Shown here piece after piece: positions 1-8,953 of a stretch of 64,000 bases of DNA (positions within the stretch are counted from its first letter, which is position 1; every line of letters starts with the position of its first letter). This DNA is from Candidatus Fermentimicrarchaeum limneticum. Its GTDB lineage: Archaea; Micrarchaeota; Micrarchaeia; Burarchaeales; Fermentimicrarchaeaceae. The notes beneath the pieces were generated by a model. That model had not been told where the DNA came from. It did not search any database and saw only the letters and a list, made by a program, of their open reading frames with translations. The DNA is taken from the NCBI GenBank assembly GCA_013426015.1, contig CP058998.1, positions 920,142 to 984,141 on the forward strand. The letters are read 5' to 3'. The translations under genes and the position numbers were made by a program.

Positions 1-183
1 CCCCTTCTGTTCAAAAGCCACGAGATTGAGCTTCTTGAATTCCTTCAGCAGCTTCGTTGTGTGGACGTATGTCGTACCGGATGCCAGTGCGAGGTTGGAA
101 GCGTACCACTCCTTCGAAGTGTCCTTAAGCTGCAGCAGTATTGAAAGCGGCTTGCTTCTGAATAACAACTCCCTCAGAGCCAT
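1..183 (-). CDS. winged-helix DNA-binding protein, partial (runs off the window start)
   Basis: Minus-strand ATG at 183-181 opens MALRELLFRSKPLSILLQLKDTSKEWYASNLALASGTTYVHTTKLLKEFKKLNLVAFEQKG with no stop before position 1. The pattern resembles a small archaeal wHTH. It is absent from the ORF track because it is open-ended. Confidence 0.45.
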   Translation of the reverse strand, partial: MALRELLFRSKPLSILLQLKDTSKEWYASNLALASGTTYVHTTKLLKEFKKLNLVAFEQKG

Positions 184-274
184 AGAGGACCTCGTAATTC
201 TATCTAGCTCACTTGTTAAAAACGTAAGCTTTTTAAATAGAAAAGTGAAAAAGTGAGTTGTAAGTGGTGATACA

Positions 275-568
275 ATGACTATGAGGCTCTCTCGGTTATA
301 TGGAATGGATATATACAGCGACGCAGGAAAATATCTCGGAAGAGTTATAGATCTGATTCTTGATCTGGAGAAAGGGGAAGTTGTAAGGATGACAATGCAG
401 CCTCTCACAACGGTGAGTAGAGAGGAAGCGAGGAAGATACTGAGGGAGGCCAGCGTGCTTTACAAGAATGTGAAGTCCGTTGAGGATGTCGTTGTTGTGA
501 CGAAGGGGACTGCCGCTGAGAAGCTGATGGAACTCCCCGAGGAAGAGGTAAGGGGTTACGGCAGGTAG
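275..568 (+). CDS. PRC-barrel domain protein
   Basis: 97-aa ORF. LYGMDIYSDAGKYLGRVIDLILDLEKGEVVRM resembles the core of small archaeal PRC-barrel proteins. Confidence 0.55.
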   Translation: MTMRLSRLYGMDIYSDAGKYLGRVIDLILDLEKGEVVRMTMQPLTTVSREEARKILREASVLYKNVKSVEDVVVVTKGTAAEKLMELPEEEVRGYGR

Positions 569-570
569 GC

Positions 571-1155
571 TCATTCTAAGTCGGCGTGGAGCTTCTTGAG
601 CTCGTCCTCACTTTTCTGGTAACGCAGCATTAGCTCGTCTATTATGGAGTCCAGAAACACCATTGCGGACAGTTCAAATAGGGTGCCGAGCGGAGTGAGC
701 GGCTCGTGGTTGCCTATGAGCTGCCTCGCCTCGTAATCCCTCTTTGCGTCCTCTGGGCGCCTTCCCTTTATCTGGACTATTACATCAGAAAGTTTGCCTA
801 TGTCCGAGTTAGGGTTTGAGGTGATGCTGACTATTTTCACACCCTTCTCCTTTGCGATCCTTGCGGCAACCACCACGGAGATTGTCTGGCCCGAACCTGA
901 AACGATGATGAGCAAATCCTCCTTGTTTATCGCTGGTGTGATGACCTCACCGATAACATAAACGGTGAAGCCCAGGTGCATCAGCCGCATGCCGAATGCT
1001 TTTGCGACAAGGCCGCTCCTTCCTGCACCGCCGATGAATATCCTCTTTGCGTTGGTGAGGGATTCGACAAGCTGGTCTATGCTCTTCCTGTCTATCGCAC
1101 TGAGTTGCTCCTCTATTTTCTGGGTGAGTTTTTCCATTCTTGTGTGTATTGTCAT
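571..1155 (-). CDS. phi: 6-phospho-3-hexuloisomerase (SIS domain, RuMP pathway)
   Basis: 194 aa. KRIFIGGAGRSGLVAKAFGMRLMHLGFTVYVIGEVITPAI...LLIIVSGSGQT is colinear with archaeal PHI proteins. Confidence 0.85.
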   Translation of the reverse strand: MTIHTRMEKLTQKIEEQLSAIDRKSIDQLVESLTNAKRIFIGGAGRSGLVAKAFGMRLMHLGFTVYVIGEVITPAINKEDLLIIVSGSGQTISVVVAARIAKEKGVKIVSITSNPNSDIGKLSDVIVQIKGRRPEDAKRDYEARQLIGNHEPLTPLGTLFELSAMVFLDSIIDELMLRYQKSEDELKKLHADLE

Positions 1156-1197
1156 ACTAACCCTCCCAATGAATGGAGGATATTTACCTTTTTAGGT
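1055..1197. repeat. left copy of an imperfect direct repeat (phi 5' end plus prs 3' remnant junction)
   Basis: Hand alignment of 1055-1173 with 5561-5679 gives 100 of 119 identical positions, including a 38-nt perfect run. Weaker similarity continues a few tens of nt further. Confidence 0.8.
1152..1197 (-). pseudogene. 3'-terminal remnant of a ribose-phosphate pyrophosphokinase gene
   Basis: The minus strand reads ...KVNILHSLGGLV* with its TGA overlapping the phi ATG (ATGA). This mirrors the C-terminus ...KINILDSLGGML* of the intact prs at 5659-6522. Stops appear further upstream. Confidence 0.6.
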
Positions 1198-1415
1198 TGA
1201 TTGTGTTTATTAAGGTAATCGCACTACTCAAAGCACGTCATCTAGCCATCAGCAGTTGGGAAAAAATAAAATCAGTATGGTGCACTGCTGGTTCTGATTG
1301 CAGTAATAGTTTGAGTAGCAGTCTGCAGTTGTTGTTCTACTTCTATATTCGCGCTTCTGAAAAATGACGCGAGACGCGTGAGAATATTATTTATATCTTC
1401 TGTCTAATTAATACT

Positions 1416-2273
1416 ATGGAAAAACACCTTCTTGTGAGCCCGAACTGCGCCGACCTATGCGCGCCAAATTTCGAAATAAAAAAATTCCCTGATTGCGAGA
1501 ACTACGTCTACATCCCAGATATCGACAAGCTCGAGGGCAAGGATGTCGTCCTTCTCCATAGGTGCTACCCGGATCAGGACTCGAGGTTATTCCAGTTATT
1601 TCATATTCTTGAGGTTGTCAGACCTCTCGCCGCGCGCGTAACCGCGCTAGTCCCGTATCTTCCCTACGCACGCAAGGACGAGAAAGTCCGGAAAGGCGAG
1701 GTGAAATCTGCGAGTTTGATATGTGGGATGCTCGCGAACGCAGGCCTGAACGAGCTCGTCACGTTCGACTGCCATTTCATGCAGGAGGGTGAGGGAAAGA
1801 AGAACTATGTAGGTTTGAACATAGACAACCGCTCGCTCGCGCCTGAGCTCCTCGCGTATGTGAAGCCGAAAGTGAGCAATCCTGTTTTTATATCTCCTGA
1901 TATCGGCACTGCGTATATGGTGAAAAAGGTCGGTGGGGTGAGTATGGAAAAAACCCTTGGCGATTATGTACACGGGCCAGTGACATTCAGACAGATAATC
2001 GAGGAGAAATTGGATTTCGATGTGACTGGGAGGGATGTCATCCTTATAGACGATATGATAATCGCGGGCGAGACGATGATACGCGCGGCGCAAGTGTGTA
2101 AGAAAGGAGGCGCGAAACGAATTATATGCGCTGCTGTTCACGGCCTGCTCGTGAGCTGCGCGTTCGACAAGATACGCGCCGCGGGCGCGAAGGAAATCGT
2201 TGTAAGCGACAGCATACTCGGACCCGCGGCAGTTGTGAGCGTGAAGAGAAGGCTCACGGACTATTTACCTTAA
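1416..2273 (+). CDS. prs: ribose-phosphate pyrophosphokinase (cassette copy)
   Basis: 285 aa. Motifs are HRCYPDQD, VPYLPYARKD, TFDCHF and the PRPP loop VILIDDMIIAGETM. It is homologous to, but clearly diverged from, the second prs at 5659-6522. Confidence 0.85.
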   Translation: MEKHLLVSPNCADLCAPNFEIKKFPDCENYVYIPDIDKLEGKDVVLLHRCYPDQDSRLFQLFHILEVVRPLAARVTALVPYLPYARKDEKVRKGEVKSASLICGMLANAGLNELVTFDCHFMQEGEGKKNYVGLNIDNRSLAPELLAYVKPKVSNPVFISPDIGTAYMVKKVGGVSMEKTLGDYVHGPVTFRQIIEEKLDFDVTGRDVILIDDMIIAGETMIRAAQVCKKGGAKRIICAAVHGLLVSCAFDKIRAAGAKEIVVSDSILGPAAVVSVKRRLTDYLP

Positions 2274-2319
2274 TATATTTTTTCATTCAATTATTTAACG
2301 CGTTATGCAGGATGGTTAG

Positions 2320-2979
2320 ATGGTTGAGGTCGTCCCTGCCATATTAGTAAAAAGCAGAGAGGAATTACTAGAGTGCATAGCGCGCGTTAGGGAAAGCGTT
2401 TCGGTCGTGCATATAGACATGATGGATAACGAGTTCGTGCCGAATAAAACCATCGGGCTCGAAAGCCTTGCTGAGCTGCCGAATGGCGTCTCGTACGAGT
2501 TTCACTGGATGGTGAAAAACCCGGAGAGATGGATCGCGAAAATAAACGGAAACCGTCTCCATCTCGTGCACGTGGAGACTATAAACAAAGAAAACTGGGG
2601 CGCGCTCAAAAAAATCTGCGCGAGGTCGGGTTGTCGGCTCGGGCTCGTGCTCAATCCGGAGACAACAATAGAAAAAATTATGCCATACATAAAAGATGTT
2701 TCACGCGTGTTGGTGATGGCCGTTCATCCTGGGTTTTATGGGCAGAAATACATCCCTGATGTTGAGGAGAAAATCCGCGCGCTGCGCGCTAGGTTCCCGA
2801 AATTGGAGATAGAAGTCGACGGCGGAGTGAACCCCGAGACTGCCGGGCGCGCGTGCGGCGCTGGCGCGAACGTTCTCGCCGCCGCGAGCGCGGTATACTC
2901 CGCAAAAAATCCGCTCGAGGCGATTAAAAACATATCCGCCGCCGGCGCGAGCGGTGCGAAAACTGTTACTGGTGAATAG
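2320..2979 (+). CDS. rpe: ribulose-phosphate 3-epimerase
   Basis: 219 aa. Carries the HIDMMDNEFVPN, MAVHPGFYGQKYIP and EVDGGVN motifs. Confidence 0.85.
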   Translation: MVEVVPAILVKSREELLECIARVRESVSVVHIDMMDNEFVPNKTIGLESLAELPNGVSYEFHWMVKNPERWIAKINGNRLHLVHVETINKENWGALKKICARSGCRLGLVLNPETTIEKIMPYIKDVSRVLVMAVHPGFYGQKYIPDVEEKIRALRARFPKLEIEVDGGVNPETAGRACGAGANVLAAASAVYSAKNPLEAIKNISAAGASGAKTVTGE

Positions 2980-3894
2980 ATGGTTGACGACACCTCAAAG
3001 CAAATGCTTCTTGAAACTGGCCAGCCGGGCGCGGGATTGAAGAAAATAAATGATATAAAAAAACTCCGCCTGATCGCGAATGGCGTGAGGCAGAGCGTCG
3101 TGAAAATGCTCCACCAGGCGAAATCAGGACATTCCGCAGGCTCCATCGGGCTCGCGGACATATTCACCGCTCTTTATTTCAACATACTAAATCATGACCC
3201 TAAAAATCCAACATGGCCTGGGAGGGACAGGCTTGTTCTCTCAAACGGCCACGTGTGCCCGGTGATGTACGCGGTGATGGCAGAGGCCGGTTATTTCCCG
3301 AAGGAGGAGCTCATGTCCCTGAGGAAACTGGGCTCGCGCTTGCAGGGCCATCCGCACCGCGGCTCGCTCCCGGGAATCGAGAACAGCTCAGGCCCTCTCG
3401 GTCAGGGACTCTCGATAGCCGTCGGAATGGCGCTCGTAGCGAAAAGGGAGAGAAAAAGCTGGAGGGTCTACTGCGTGTGCTCTGACGGCGAGCATGATGA
3501 GGGGCAGATATGGGAGGCAGTCCTTCTCGCATCGAAATTCAAGCTTGGAAATCTAACGGCGCTCATGGACAGGAACAACATACAGATCGATGGATTTACG
3601 GAGAATGTTCTCCCGCTCGAGCCGCTTGCGGAAAAATACCGCGCGTTCGGCTGGCACGTGCTCGAGGTTGACGGGCACAACATAGAACAGATTATAGGCG
3701 CGTGCAGCGAGGCGAAAAAAGTAATCGATAGGCCCACGATGATAATCGCGCATACCGTTCCCGGGAAGGACATCTCGTTTATGGAGTTCATCACAGATTG
3801 GCACGGCAAACCGCCCGGCGACAAGGAGACTACGACCGCGCTTGGCGACCTCGAGGAGGAGAGAAAGTTTTATGGGAGCGAGAGCGGTGTTTGA
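2980..3894 (+). CDS. tkt: transketolase, N-terminal (TPP-binding) subunit
   Basis: 304 aa. Contains SGHSAGSIGLADIFTALYF, GHPHR and CSDGEHDEGQIWEA. The split two-ORF arrangement is typical of archaea. Confidence 0.88.
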   Translation: MVDDTSKQMLLETGQPGAGLKKINDIKKLRLIANGVRQSVVKMLHQAKSGHSAGSIGLADIFTALYFNILNHDPKNPTWPGRDRLVLSNGHVCPVMYAVMAEAGYFPKEELMSLRKLGSRLQGHPHRGSLPGIENSSGPLGQGLSIAVGMALVAKRERKSWRVYCVCSDGEHDEGQIWEAVLLASKFKLGNLTALMDRNNIQIDGFTENVLPLEPLAEKYRAFGWHVLEVDGHNIEQIIGACSEAKKVIDRPTMIIAHTVPGKDISFMEFITDWHGKPPGDKETTTALGDLEEERKFYGSESGV

Positions 3895-4896
3895 ATGGCG
3901 AACTCGTCGAAAATAAACAAGGAGATGGCGCTGATAGACTCGATAGACGCGCCCCAAGCGAAAAAGCCGAGCAGGGACGGGTTCGGCAAGGCGCTTGTGG
4001 AGCTGGGCGCGGAAAATACGAATGTTTGGGTGATGACCGCGGACGTCTCGGAGAGCACGAGGACGCACTGGTTCGCGGAGAAATTTCCCGAAAGGTTTGT
4101 CCAGGTCGGCGTCGCCGAGCAGAACCTCGCCGGAGTGGCTGCAGGAATCGCGTCGTGCGGGAAAACCGTTTTTATTTCTGCTTACGGGGTTTTCTCACCC
4201 GGTAGAAACTGGGACCAGTTGCGCGTGGCGATATGCTACAACGACGTGCCAGTAAAGCTTCACGGCTCGCACACCGGAATAACTGTTGGACCCGACGGTG
4301 CGTCTCACCAGGCGCTCGAGGACATCGCAATTGTGCGCGTTCTTCCGAACATCACGGTAATCGTGCCCGCGGACGCAGAGGAGGCGAGGAAGGCGACTCT
4401 TGAAGTTGCGAAATGCGAGGGTCCTGCGTATATACGGACTTGCAGGGAAAAAATGCCGATATTCACCACCGCAGGGACGCCATTCGCGATTGGAAAGGCG
4501 AACGTTTACAGATTCGGCGATGACGTCGCAATTTTCGCGTGCGGTCCGCAGGTTTATGAATCAATTCTCGCAGCAGAGAAGCTCGAGAGCGAAGGCATCT
4601 CGTGCGCGGTTGTCGACTGCCACACGATAAAACCAATTGATGTTGAGGCTGTAAAATACTGGGCTGGGAAAACAAAATTTCTCGTGAGCGTTGAGGAGCA
4701 CCAGGTGAGCGGCGGGCTGGGGGGGGCGCTCGCCGAGGTTGTGAGCGAGTTCGCACGCGCGCATGCGTGCACGCTTAAGCGTCACGGGATAAACGATATT
4801 TTCTGCGAGTCGGGCGAGCCGCTCGAGCTCCTGAAAAAATACGGGCTCGATGCCGATGGGATAGCGCGCTTCGTGCGCGAGAATTGTATCCAATAA
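3895..4896 (+). CDS. tkt: transketolase, C-terminal (pyrimidine-binding) subunit
   Basis: 333 aa. Contains VGVAEQNLAGVAAGIASCGK. It starts at the codon after the N-subunit stop. Confidence 0.88.
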   Translation: MANSSKINKEMALIDSIDAPQAKKPSRDGFGKALVELGAENTNVWVMTADVSESTRTHWFAEKFPERFVQVGVAEQNLAGVAAGIASCGKTVFISAYGVFSPGRNWDQLRVAICYNDVPVKLHGSHTGITVGPDGASHQALEDIAIVRVLPNITVIVPADAEEARKATLEVAKCEGPAYIRTCREKMPIFTTAGTPFAIGKANVYRFGDDVAIFACGPQVYESILAAEKLESEGISCAVVDCHTIKPIDVEAVKYWAGKTKFLVSVEEHQVSGGLGGALAEVVSEFARAHACTLKRHGINDIFCESGEPLELLKKYGLDADGIARFVRENCIQ

Positions 4897-4911
4897 ATTG
4901 GAGGTGAAAAA

Positions 4912-5565
4912 ATGAAATTTTTTCTTGACACTGCGAACGTGGAACAGATAAAGAGGGCCGTAAAGGCAGGCGTTGTTGATGGGGTTACCACGAACCCGAC
5001 GCTAATTGCAAAGGAAGGGAGAAGCCAGCACGCGCTCATAAAGGAGATAGCCGCGCTCGTGAAAGGCCCCGTTTCAGTTGAGGGGAACGGGACAACGTGC
5101 GACGAGCTTGTGAAGGAGGCGGAGGTTTATTCGAAGTGGGCGCCGAACATCGTCGTCAAAATTCCAATGACCGAGGAGGGGATGAAGGCCGTGCGCGTTC
5201 TAGAGAAAAAAGGAATACGCACGAACGTGACGCTCGTCTTCAGCCCGAGCCAGGCGCTCATCGCCGCGAAGGCAGGCGCGAGCTTCGTCTCCCCCTTCAT
5301 AGGGCGGCTTGATGATAACTCAATGGATGGGATGGGGCTGGTGCGCGACATGATGCAAATCTACAAGAATTACGGCTTCAACACGCAGGTGATAGTCGCG
5401 AGCATACGTCATCCTCTTCACGTAGTCGAGGCCGCGAGGGCAGGCGCGCACATTGCCACAATACCGGCGGATGTCCTCGCGAAGATGTGGAATCATCCTC
5501 TCACGGACGCGGGCATAAAAAAGTTCAGGGAGGATTTCGCTAAGGTGGAGGGGAAATATTTGTGA
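4912..5565 (+). CDS. tal: transaldolase / fructose-6-phosphate aldolase family (short type)
   Basis: 217 aa. Contains [31 protein letters not shown] and [19 protein letters not shown] Shine-Dalgarno-like motif lies 8 nt upstream. Confidence 0.88.
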   Translation: MKFFLDTANVEQIKRAVKAGVVDGVTTNPTLIAKEGRSQHALIKEIAALVKGPVSVEGNGTTCDELVKEAEVYSKWAPNIVVKIPMTEEGMKAVRVLEKKGIRTNVTLVFSPSQALIAAKAGASFVSPFIGRLDDNSMDGMGLVRDMMQIYKNYGFNTQVIVASIRHPLHVVEAARAGAHIATIPADVLAKMWNHPLTDAGIKKFREDFAKVEGKYL

Positions 5566-5662
5566 GCGCATCAACGAACTGGTCTATGCTCTTCCTGCCA
5601 ATTGCGCTGAGTTGCTCCTCTATTTTCTGGGTGAGTTTTTCCATCCGTATATGTATTGTCAC
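5561..5662 (-). pseudogene. 5' fragment (about 34 codons) of a 6-phospho-3-hexuloisomerase gene
   Basis: The minus strand reads (GTG)[34 protein letters not shown], against MTIHTRMEKLTQKIEEQLSAIDRKSIDQLVESLTN of intact phi. The start overlaps the prs stop (GTGA). Homology stops where the tal 3' end begins. Confidence 0.75.
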
Positions 5663-5702
5663 AGCATCCCTCCCAATGAGTCGAGTATGTTTATTTTCGA
5701 GG
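5561..5702. repeat. right copy of the imperfect direct repeat (phi 5' fragment plus prs 3' end junction)
   Basis: Aligns with 1055-1197 (see the left copy). It begins within 3 nt of the tal stop codon (5563-5565). Confidence 0.8.
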
Positions 5703-6522
5703 CGGTGGATTTTATTGAATTGCTTACGATAACTTCTTTTGCGCCAGCTCTTTTTAACCTTTTAAGCGAGCCGTGTAGGAACAGGCCATGCGATGCGCCG
5801 CAGCGGATTGAGTTCGCCCCGAGCTTCTTGCAGGCTGCTACTGCCTTGAGCATGGTGCTCCCTGTGCTGATCATGTCATCAATGATAACAACATCCTTTC
5901 CTTTCACGTCAAACCTCACCTCAACTTTGGGTTTCCTGTATATTGTTTTTCCTTTTGAGTAGGTTCCGCGCATCTTCTGCATAACCCCCCAGTCTGCTTC
6001 CTTTGCAACAAGATAGGATGCACCTTCATCTGGCGAAATTATCTTTGGGGAGTACAACCTTTTTTTGAAGTGCGAGAGAATTTTCTTTGAAAGCGAAATG
6101 TTCCTTATCCTCAAACCACCGTAGTTGAATGTTCCTTCTTTTTTGAGGAAGTGGCAGTCGAATGTTATAAGCTCGTCACAGCCGCTCTTCACCAGAAGAT
6201 TGCATATTATTTTTGAGCTGAGCGCCTCACCTTTCAGGAAGAGCTTATCCTGCCTTGCGTAGGGGAGATAGGGAACAATCGCCCTGACGCGGGATGCTCC
6301 GCCCTCTTTCAATGTCCGCAGTATGAGCAGGAGCTGGATAAGGGACCTGTCCTGCCCGGGGTAGCAGCGGTGGATGACAGTTACTGCCTTCCCGTGGAAT
6401 TGGGCGGGTATGCGCACGTAGTTCTCGCCATCTGGGAATTGCTTGATTATTATTTTTGAGCGTGAAGTTGGTTTGCTCATAAAATCGTAAGAATTAGGGG
6501 TCAGAAGCAATAGGTGCTCCAT
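5659..6522 (-). CDS. prs: ribose-phosphate pyrophosphokinase (resident copy)
   Basis: 287 aa. Contains HRCYPGQD, VPYLPYARQD, TFDCHF and VVIIDDMISTGSTM. Confidence 0.85.
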   Translation of the reverse strand: MEHLLLLTPNSYDFMSKPTSRSKIIIKQFPDGENYVRIPAQFHGKAVTVIHRCYPGQDRSLIQLLLILRTLKEGGASRVRAIVPYLPYARQDKLFLKGEALSSKIICNLLVKSGCDELITFDCHFLKKEGTFNYGGLRIRNISLSKKILSHFKKRLYSPKIISPDEGASYLVAKEADWGVMQKMRGTYSKGKTIYRKPKVEVRFDVKGKDVVIIDDMISTGSTMLKAVAACKKLGANSIRCGASHGLFLHGSLKRLKRAGAKEVIVSNSIKSTASKINILDSLGGML

Positions 6523-6574
6523 GAGTATATTTAGTGGGGCTTAAATAATATTCTTTTCGTTTGAAAAAATAAAG

Positions 6575-6784
6575 TTACTCAATTGAGGCGGTTTCGCCAA
6601 CAAGGTTGCTCCACTCCACCTTCTTTATAATGATGGATTTTTTCTTTGGGTCAAGTTTTATGACAACCGCGTCCTTCTCATCAAGCGGGAAATTCGGGTT
6701 CTTTATTACCTCGGTGGGAAAGTAGATATGAAGTCCACTGCCCTGCCTTCTAATCTTGCTAAGGAAGTGTTCCTCTTTATCCAT
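6575..6784 (-). CDS. small AbrB/SpoVT-like protein (hypothetical)
   Basis: 69 aa. GSGLHIYFPTEVIKNPNFPLDEKDAVVIKLDPKKKSIIIKK resembles the swapped-hairpin AbrB-type pattern. The call is weak. Confidence 0.35.
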   Translation of the reverse strand: MDKEEHFLSKIRRQGSGLHIYFPTEVIKNPNFPLDEKDAVVIKLDPKKKSIIIKKVEWSNLVGETASIE

Positions 6785-6838
6785 TAGCTACCACCTTCAC
6801 CTATTTACTTTCGTGCTTAGGTTATATAAATATGCGCT

Positions 6839-7288
6839 TTAGAGTAGAAGCTCGTTTGCCTCGAAAGCCATCTCGCAGAACCCGCAGCGGTATTTGCTGC
6901 TCTTGGAGTTCTCCATCCGGAAGATTGTCTCTATTGGCTCCAAGTTGGTGATGCACTGCGGGTTGGGGCATTTGGAAACCCCAAGCAGTTCCTTTGGGAG
7001 CTGCACGACCTTCTTCTCAACCACGTTGGCCTTCCTGATGATGTTCAATGTTGCATTTGGGGCAACAAGCGCGATTCTGTTGACTGCCTTCTCGTCAAGC
7101 TGTTTCCCTTCCACCTTCACTATGTCCTTCTTCCCAATCTTCTTGCTGGGAACGTTCATCATCAGTGCAACTCTGGCACCGTAGGTTCTGTCAATCTTCA
7201 ATATCTCAAGCACCTTCAGACCAAGCCCTGCGGGTATGTGGTCAATCACGGTTCCGTTCTCAATTTTTTCTACTACAAGAGGCATCAA
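6839..7288 (-). CDS. pyrI: aspartate carbamoyltransferase regulatory subunit
   Basis: 149 aa. N-terminal VEKIENGTVIDHIP, plus a C-terminal Zn site CPNPQC...CGFC. It overlaps the pyrB stop by 4 nt. Confidence 0.9.
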   Translation of the reverse strand: MMPLVVEKIENGTVIDHIPAGLGLKVLEILKIDRTYGARVALMMNVPSKKIGKKDIVKVEGKQLDEKAVNRIALVAPNATLNIIRKANVVEKKVVQLPKELLGVSKCPNPQCITNLEPIETIFRMENSKSSKYRCGFCEMAFEANELLL

Positions 7289-8208
7289 ACCACCATCGAA
7301 TCCATTATCGCCATCCTCACTGGTATCCCCATCCTCGCTTGTTCGTAATAATACGCGTATTTGCTCTGGTCGACTTCTGGGGCAACTTCATCAACTTTCG
7401 GGAGCGGGTGCATTATTATCAGGTCATCCTTCACCCCCTTTATTGCATCTGCGGTTATCCTGAACTCCTTCTGCACCTTCTCCGCTTCGTATTGGTCGGA
7501 GAAGCGCTCCTTCTGGATTCGGCAGAGGTAGAGCACATCTGCACCTGAGAAGTCCATCTTTGACTTCTCCTCTACTTTTGCGCCGAACCTGTCCTTGACC
7601 TCATTTATCACTTCCCTGCTCATCTCCAATCCTTTCGGTGCAATGAGGGTGACATTCGCACCGTACATTCCCAGCCCATGCATAAGGGAACGCATTGTTC
7701 TTGCATGCTTCAAATCCCCTAGTAGTGTGACGTTCAGTCCCTCAATCTTCTTCTTTGCTCGTTTTATTGTGTACATGTCAAGCAGCGTTTGTGTGGGGTG
7801 CTGGTTCCCGCCGTCCCCACCGTTTATGACAGGATGGTCGGCAAGCTGGGCTGCATACCTTGCTGAACCCTCGTTGGCATGCCTCACGACAATGAGGTCA
7901 GAGTAACCGTCCACCATGCGTATGGTATCTGAGAATGTTTCTCCCTTTACTATGGAGCTCACTCCTACGTTCTCGAAGCTCAGGACTTTGGCGCCAAGCC
8001 GCATTGCAGCGGACTGGAAGGACAGCCGGGTTCTGGTGCTCGGCTCGAAGAATAGTGTCGCTACAACCTTTCCCCCGAGTGAACTGAGTTTCTTCTTCTC
8101 TTTCAGCGCCTGCTCCATTTCGGAGGATTTTTTCAAAATCAGATCGATGTGTTTTTTCTCCAAATCCCTAATAGAAATCAGATCCTTGACAAATTCCATT
8201 GAACCCAA
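7285..8208 (-). CDS. pyrB: aspartate carbamoyltransferase catalytic subunit
   Basis: 307 aa. Contains FFEPSTRTRLSF, HPTQ and HPLP. The track start is TTG at 8208. The ATG at 8199 is an alternative start. Confidence 0.92.
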   Translation of the reverse strand: MGSMEFVKDLISIRDLEKKHIDLILKKSSEMEQALKEKKKLSSLGGKVVATLFFEPSTRTRLSFQSAAMRLGAKVLSFENVGVSSIVKGETFSDTIRMVDGYSDLIVVRHANEGSARYAAQLADHPVINGGDGGNQHPTQTLLDMYTIKRAKKKIEGLNVTLLGDLKHARTMRSLMHGLGMYGANVTLIAPKGLEMSREVINEVKDRFGAKVEEKSKMDFSGADVLYLCRIQKERFSDQYEAEKVQKEFRITADAIKGVKDDLIIMHPLPKVDEVAPEVDQSKYAYYYEQARMGIPVRMAIMDSMVV

Positions 8209-8212
8209 GTGG

Positions 8213-8240
8213 ATTATTTTAAAAAGCAGGATATATAAAT
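8213..8240. promoter_or_regulatory. back-to-back TATA-like elements in the divergent pyrB/tmk intergenic region
   Basis: TTTTAAAA (8217-8224) is centred about 30 nt upstream of the tmk ATG (8250). TTTATATA on the minus strand (8232-8239) lies about 27-36 nt upstream of the pyrB start candidates. The call rests on position only. Confidence 0.3.
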
Positions 8241-8249
8241 GTTAGTTTT

Positions 8250-8858
8250 ATGAGAGGCAAACTAATCTGTCTTGAGGGAATTGACGGCTCCGGCAAGGAG
8301 ACGCAGCTCAAGCTCGTTCTGAAGTTTTTGAAGGGGAGAAGGGTGAGGGTGTACAAATACCCTGATGTGAAGAGCATGTTGGGGAGGATAATTGGTGATT
8401 TTCTTAGGAAGAAGGTGGAACTCACTCCACTGTCACAGTTCTTCATCTACATGCTGGACATAGCGAAGGACCAGGGGGAGATTGAGAGGAAGCTGGAGAG
8501 CGGTGAAATCGTCGTGCTGAGCAGGTACATGTACTCGACAATTGCCTACCAATGCAGCAAGGGAGTCCCTTTTGAGAAGGGAGTTGAAATGATTGAGTCG
8601 ATGAATTTCGCCAAGCCCGACTTGGTTGTGCTGCTTGACGTCCTGCCTGAGGTTGCGATGGAGAGGAAGAGCAGGCAGAAGGAGATGGACAGGCACGAGG
8701 AGGACGCAGAACTTCTCAGAAAAGTCAGGGAGAACTATCTCACGCTATATGATATGAATTTTCTTTCTAAGAAGTGGGTGAAGGTTGAAGCGGAAGTAAA
8801 GCCCCAGGAAGTGTTCGAGATAGTGAAGGATTTTATAGCTCAATTGCTTAAAGAGTAG
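8250..8858 (+). CDS. tmk: thymidylate kinase
   Basis: 202 aa. Has the P-loop LEGIDGSGKET and the SRYMYSTIAYQ motif. Confidence 0.85.
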   Translation: MRGKLICLEGIDGSGKETQLKLVLKFLKGRRVRVYKYPDVKSMLGRIIGDFLRKKVELTPLSQFFIYMLDIAKDQGEIERKLESGEIVVLSRYMYSTIAYQCSKGVPFEKGVEMIESMNFAKPDLVVLLDVLPEVAMERKSRQKEMDRHEEDAELLRKVRENYLTLYDMNFLSKKWVKVEAEVKPQEVFEIVKDFIAQLLKE

Positions 8859-8863
8859 TCCTA

Positions 8864-8953
8864 GCTCCAGTCGTCTAGTCCGGTCAAGGATCTCGGCCTT
8901 TCGAACTCAGATGAAGAAAGCCGGCGACCCGGGTTCAAATCCCGGCTGGAGCA
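8864..8953 (+). tRNA. tRNA-Glu (anticodon TTC) with a 15-nt intron at 37/38
   Basis: Acceptor GCTCCAG/CTGGAGC, T-arm CCGGG-TTCAAAT-CCCGG, anticodon stem TCGGC/GCCGG and loop CTTTCG..A. The intron is 8904-8918. A 4-bp helix CTTT/GAAG flanked by 3-nt bulges gives BHB geometry. CCA is not encoded. Confidence 0.85.

Noticed and set aside
26-256. A 76-aa plus-strand ORF at the window start.
   Set aside because: It is antisense to an open-ended wHTH-like reading frame, which gives a more protein-like sequence.
5612-5962. A 116-aa plus-strand ORF across the duplicated junction.
   Set aside because: It is antisense to the intact prs gene and the phi fragment. Its N-terminus simply mirrors the equally spurious ORFs at 965-1200.
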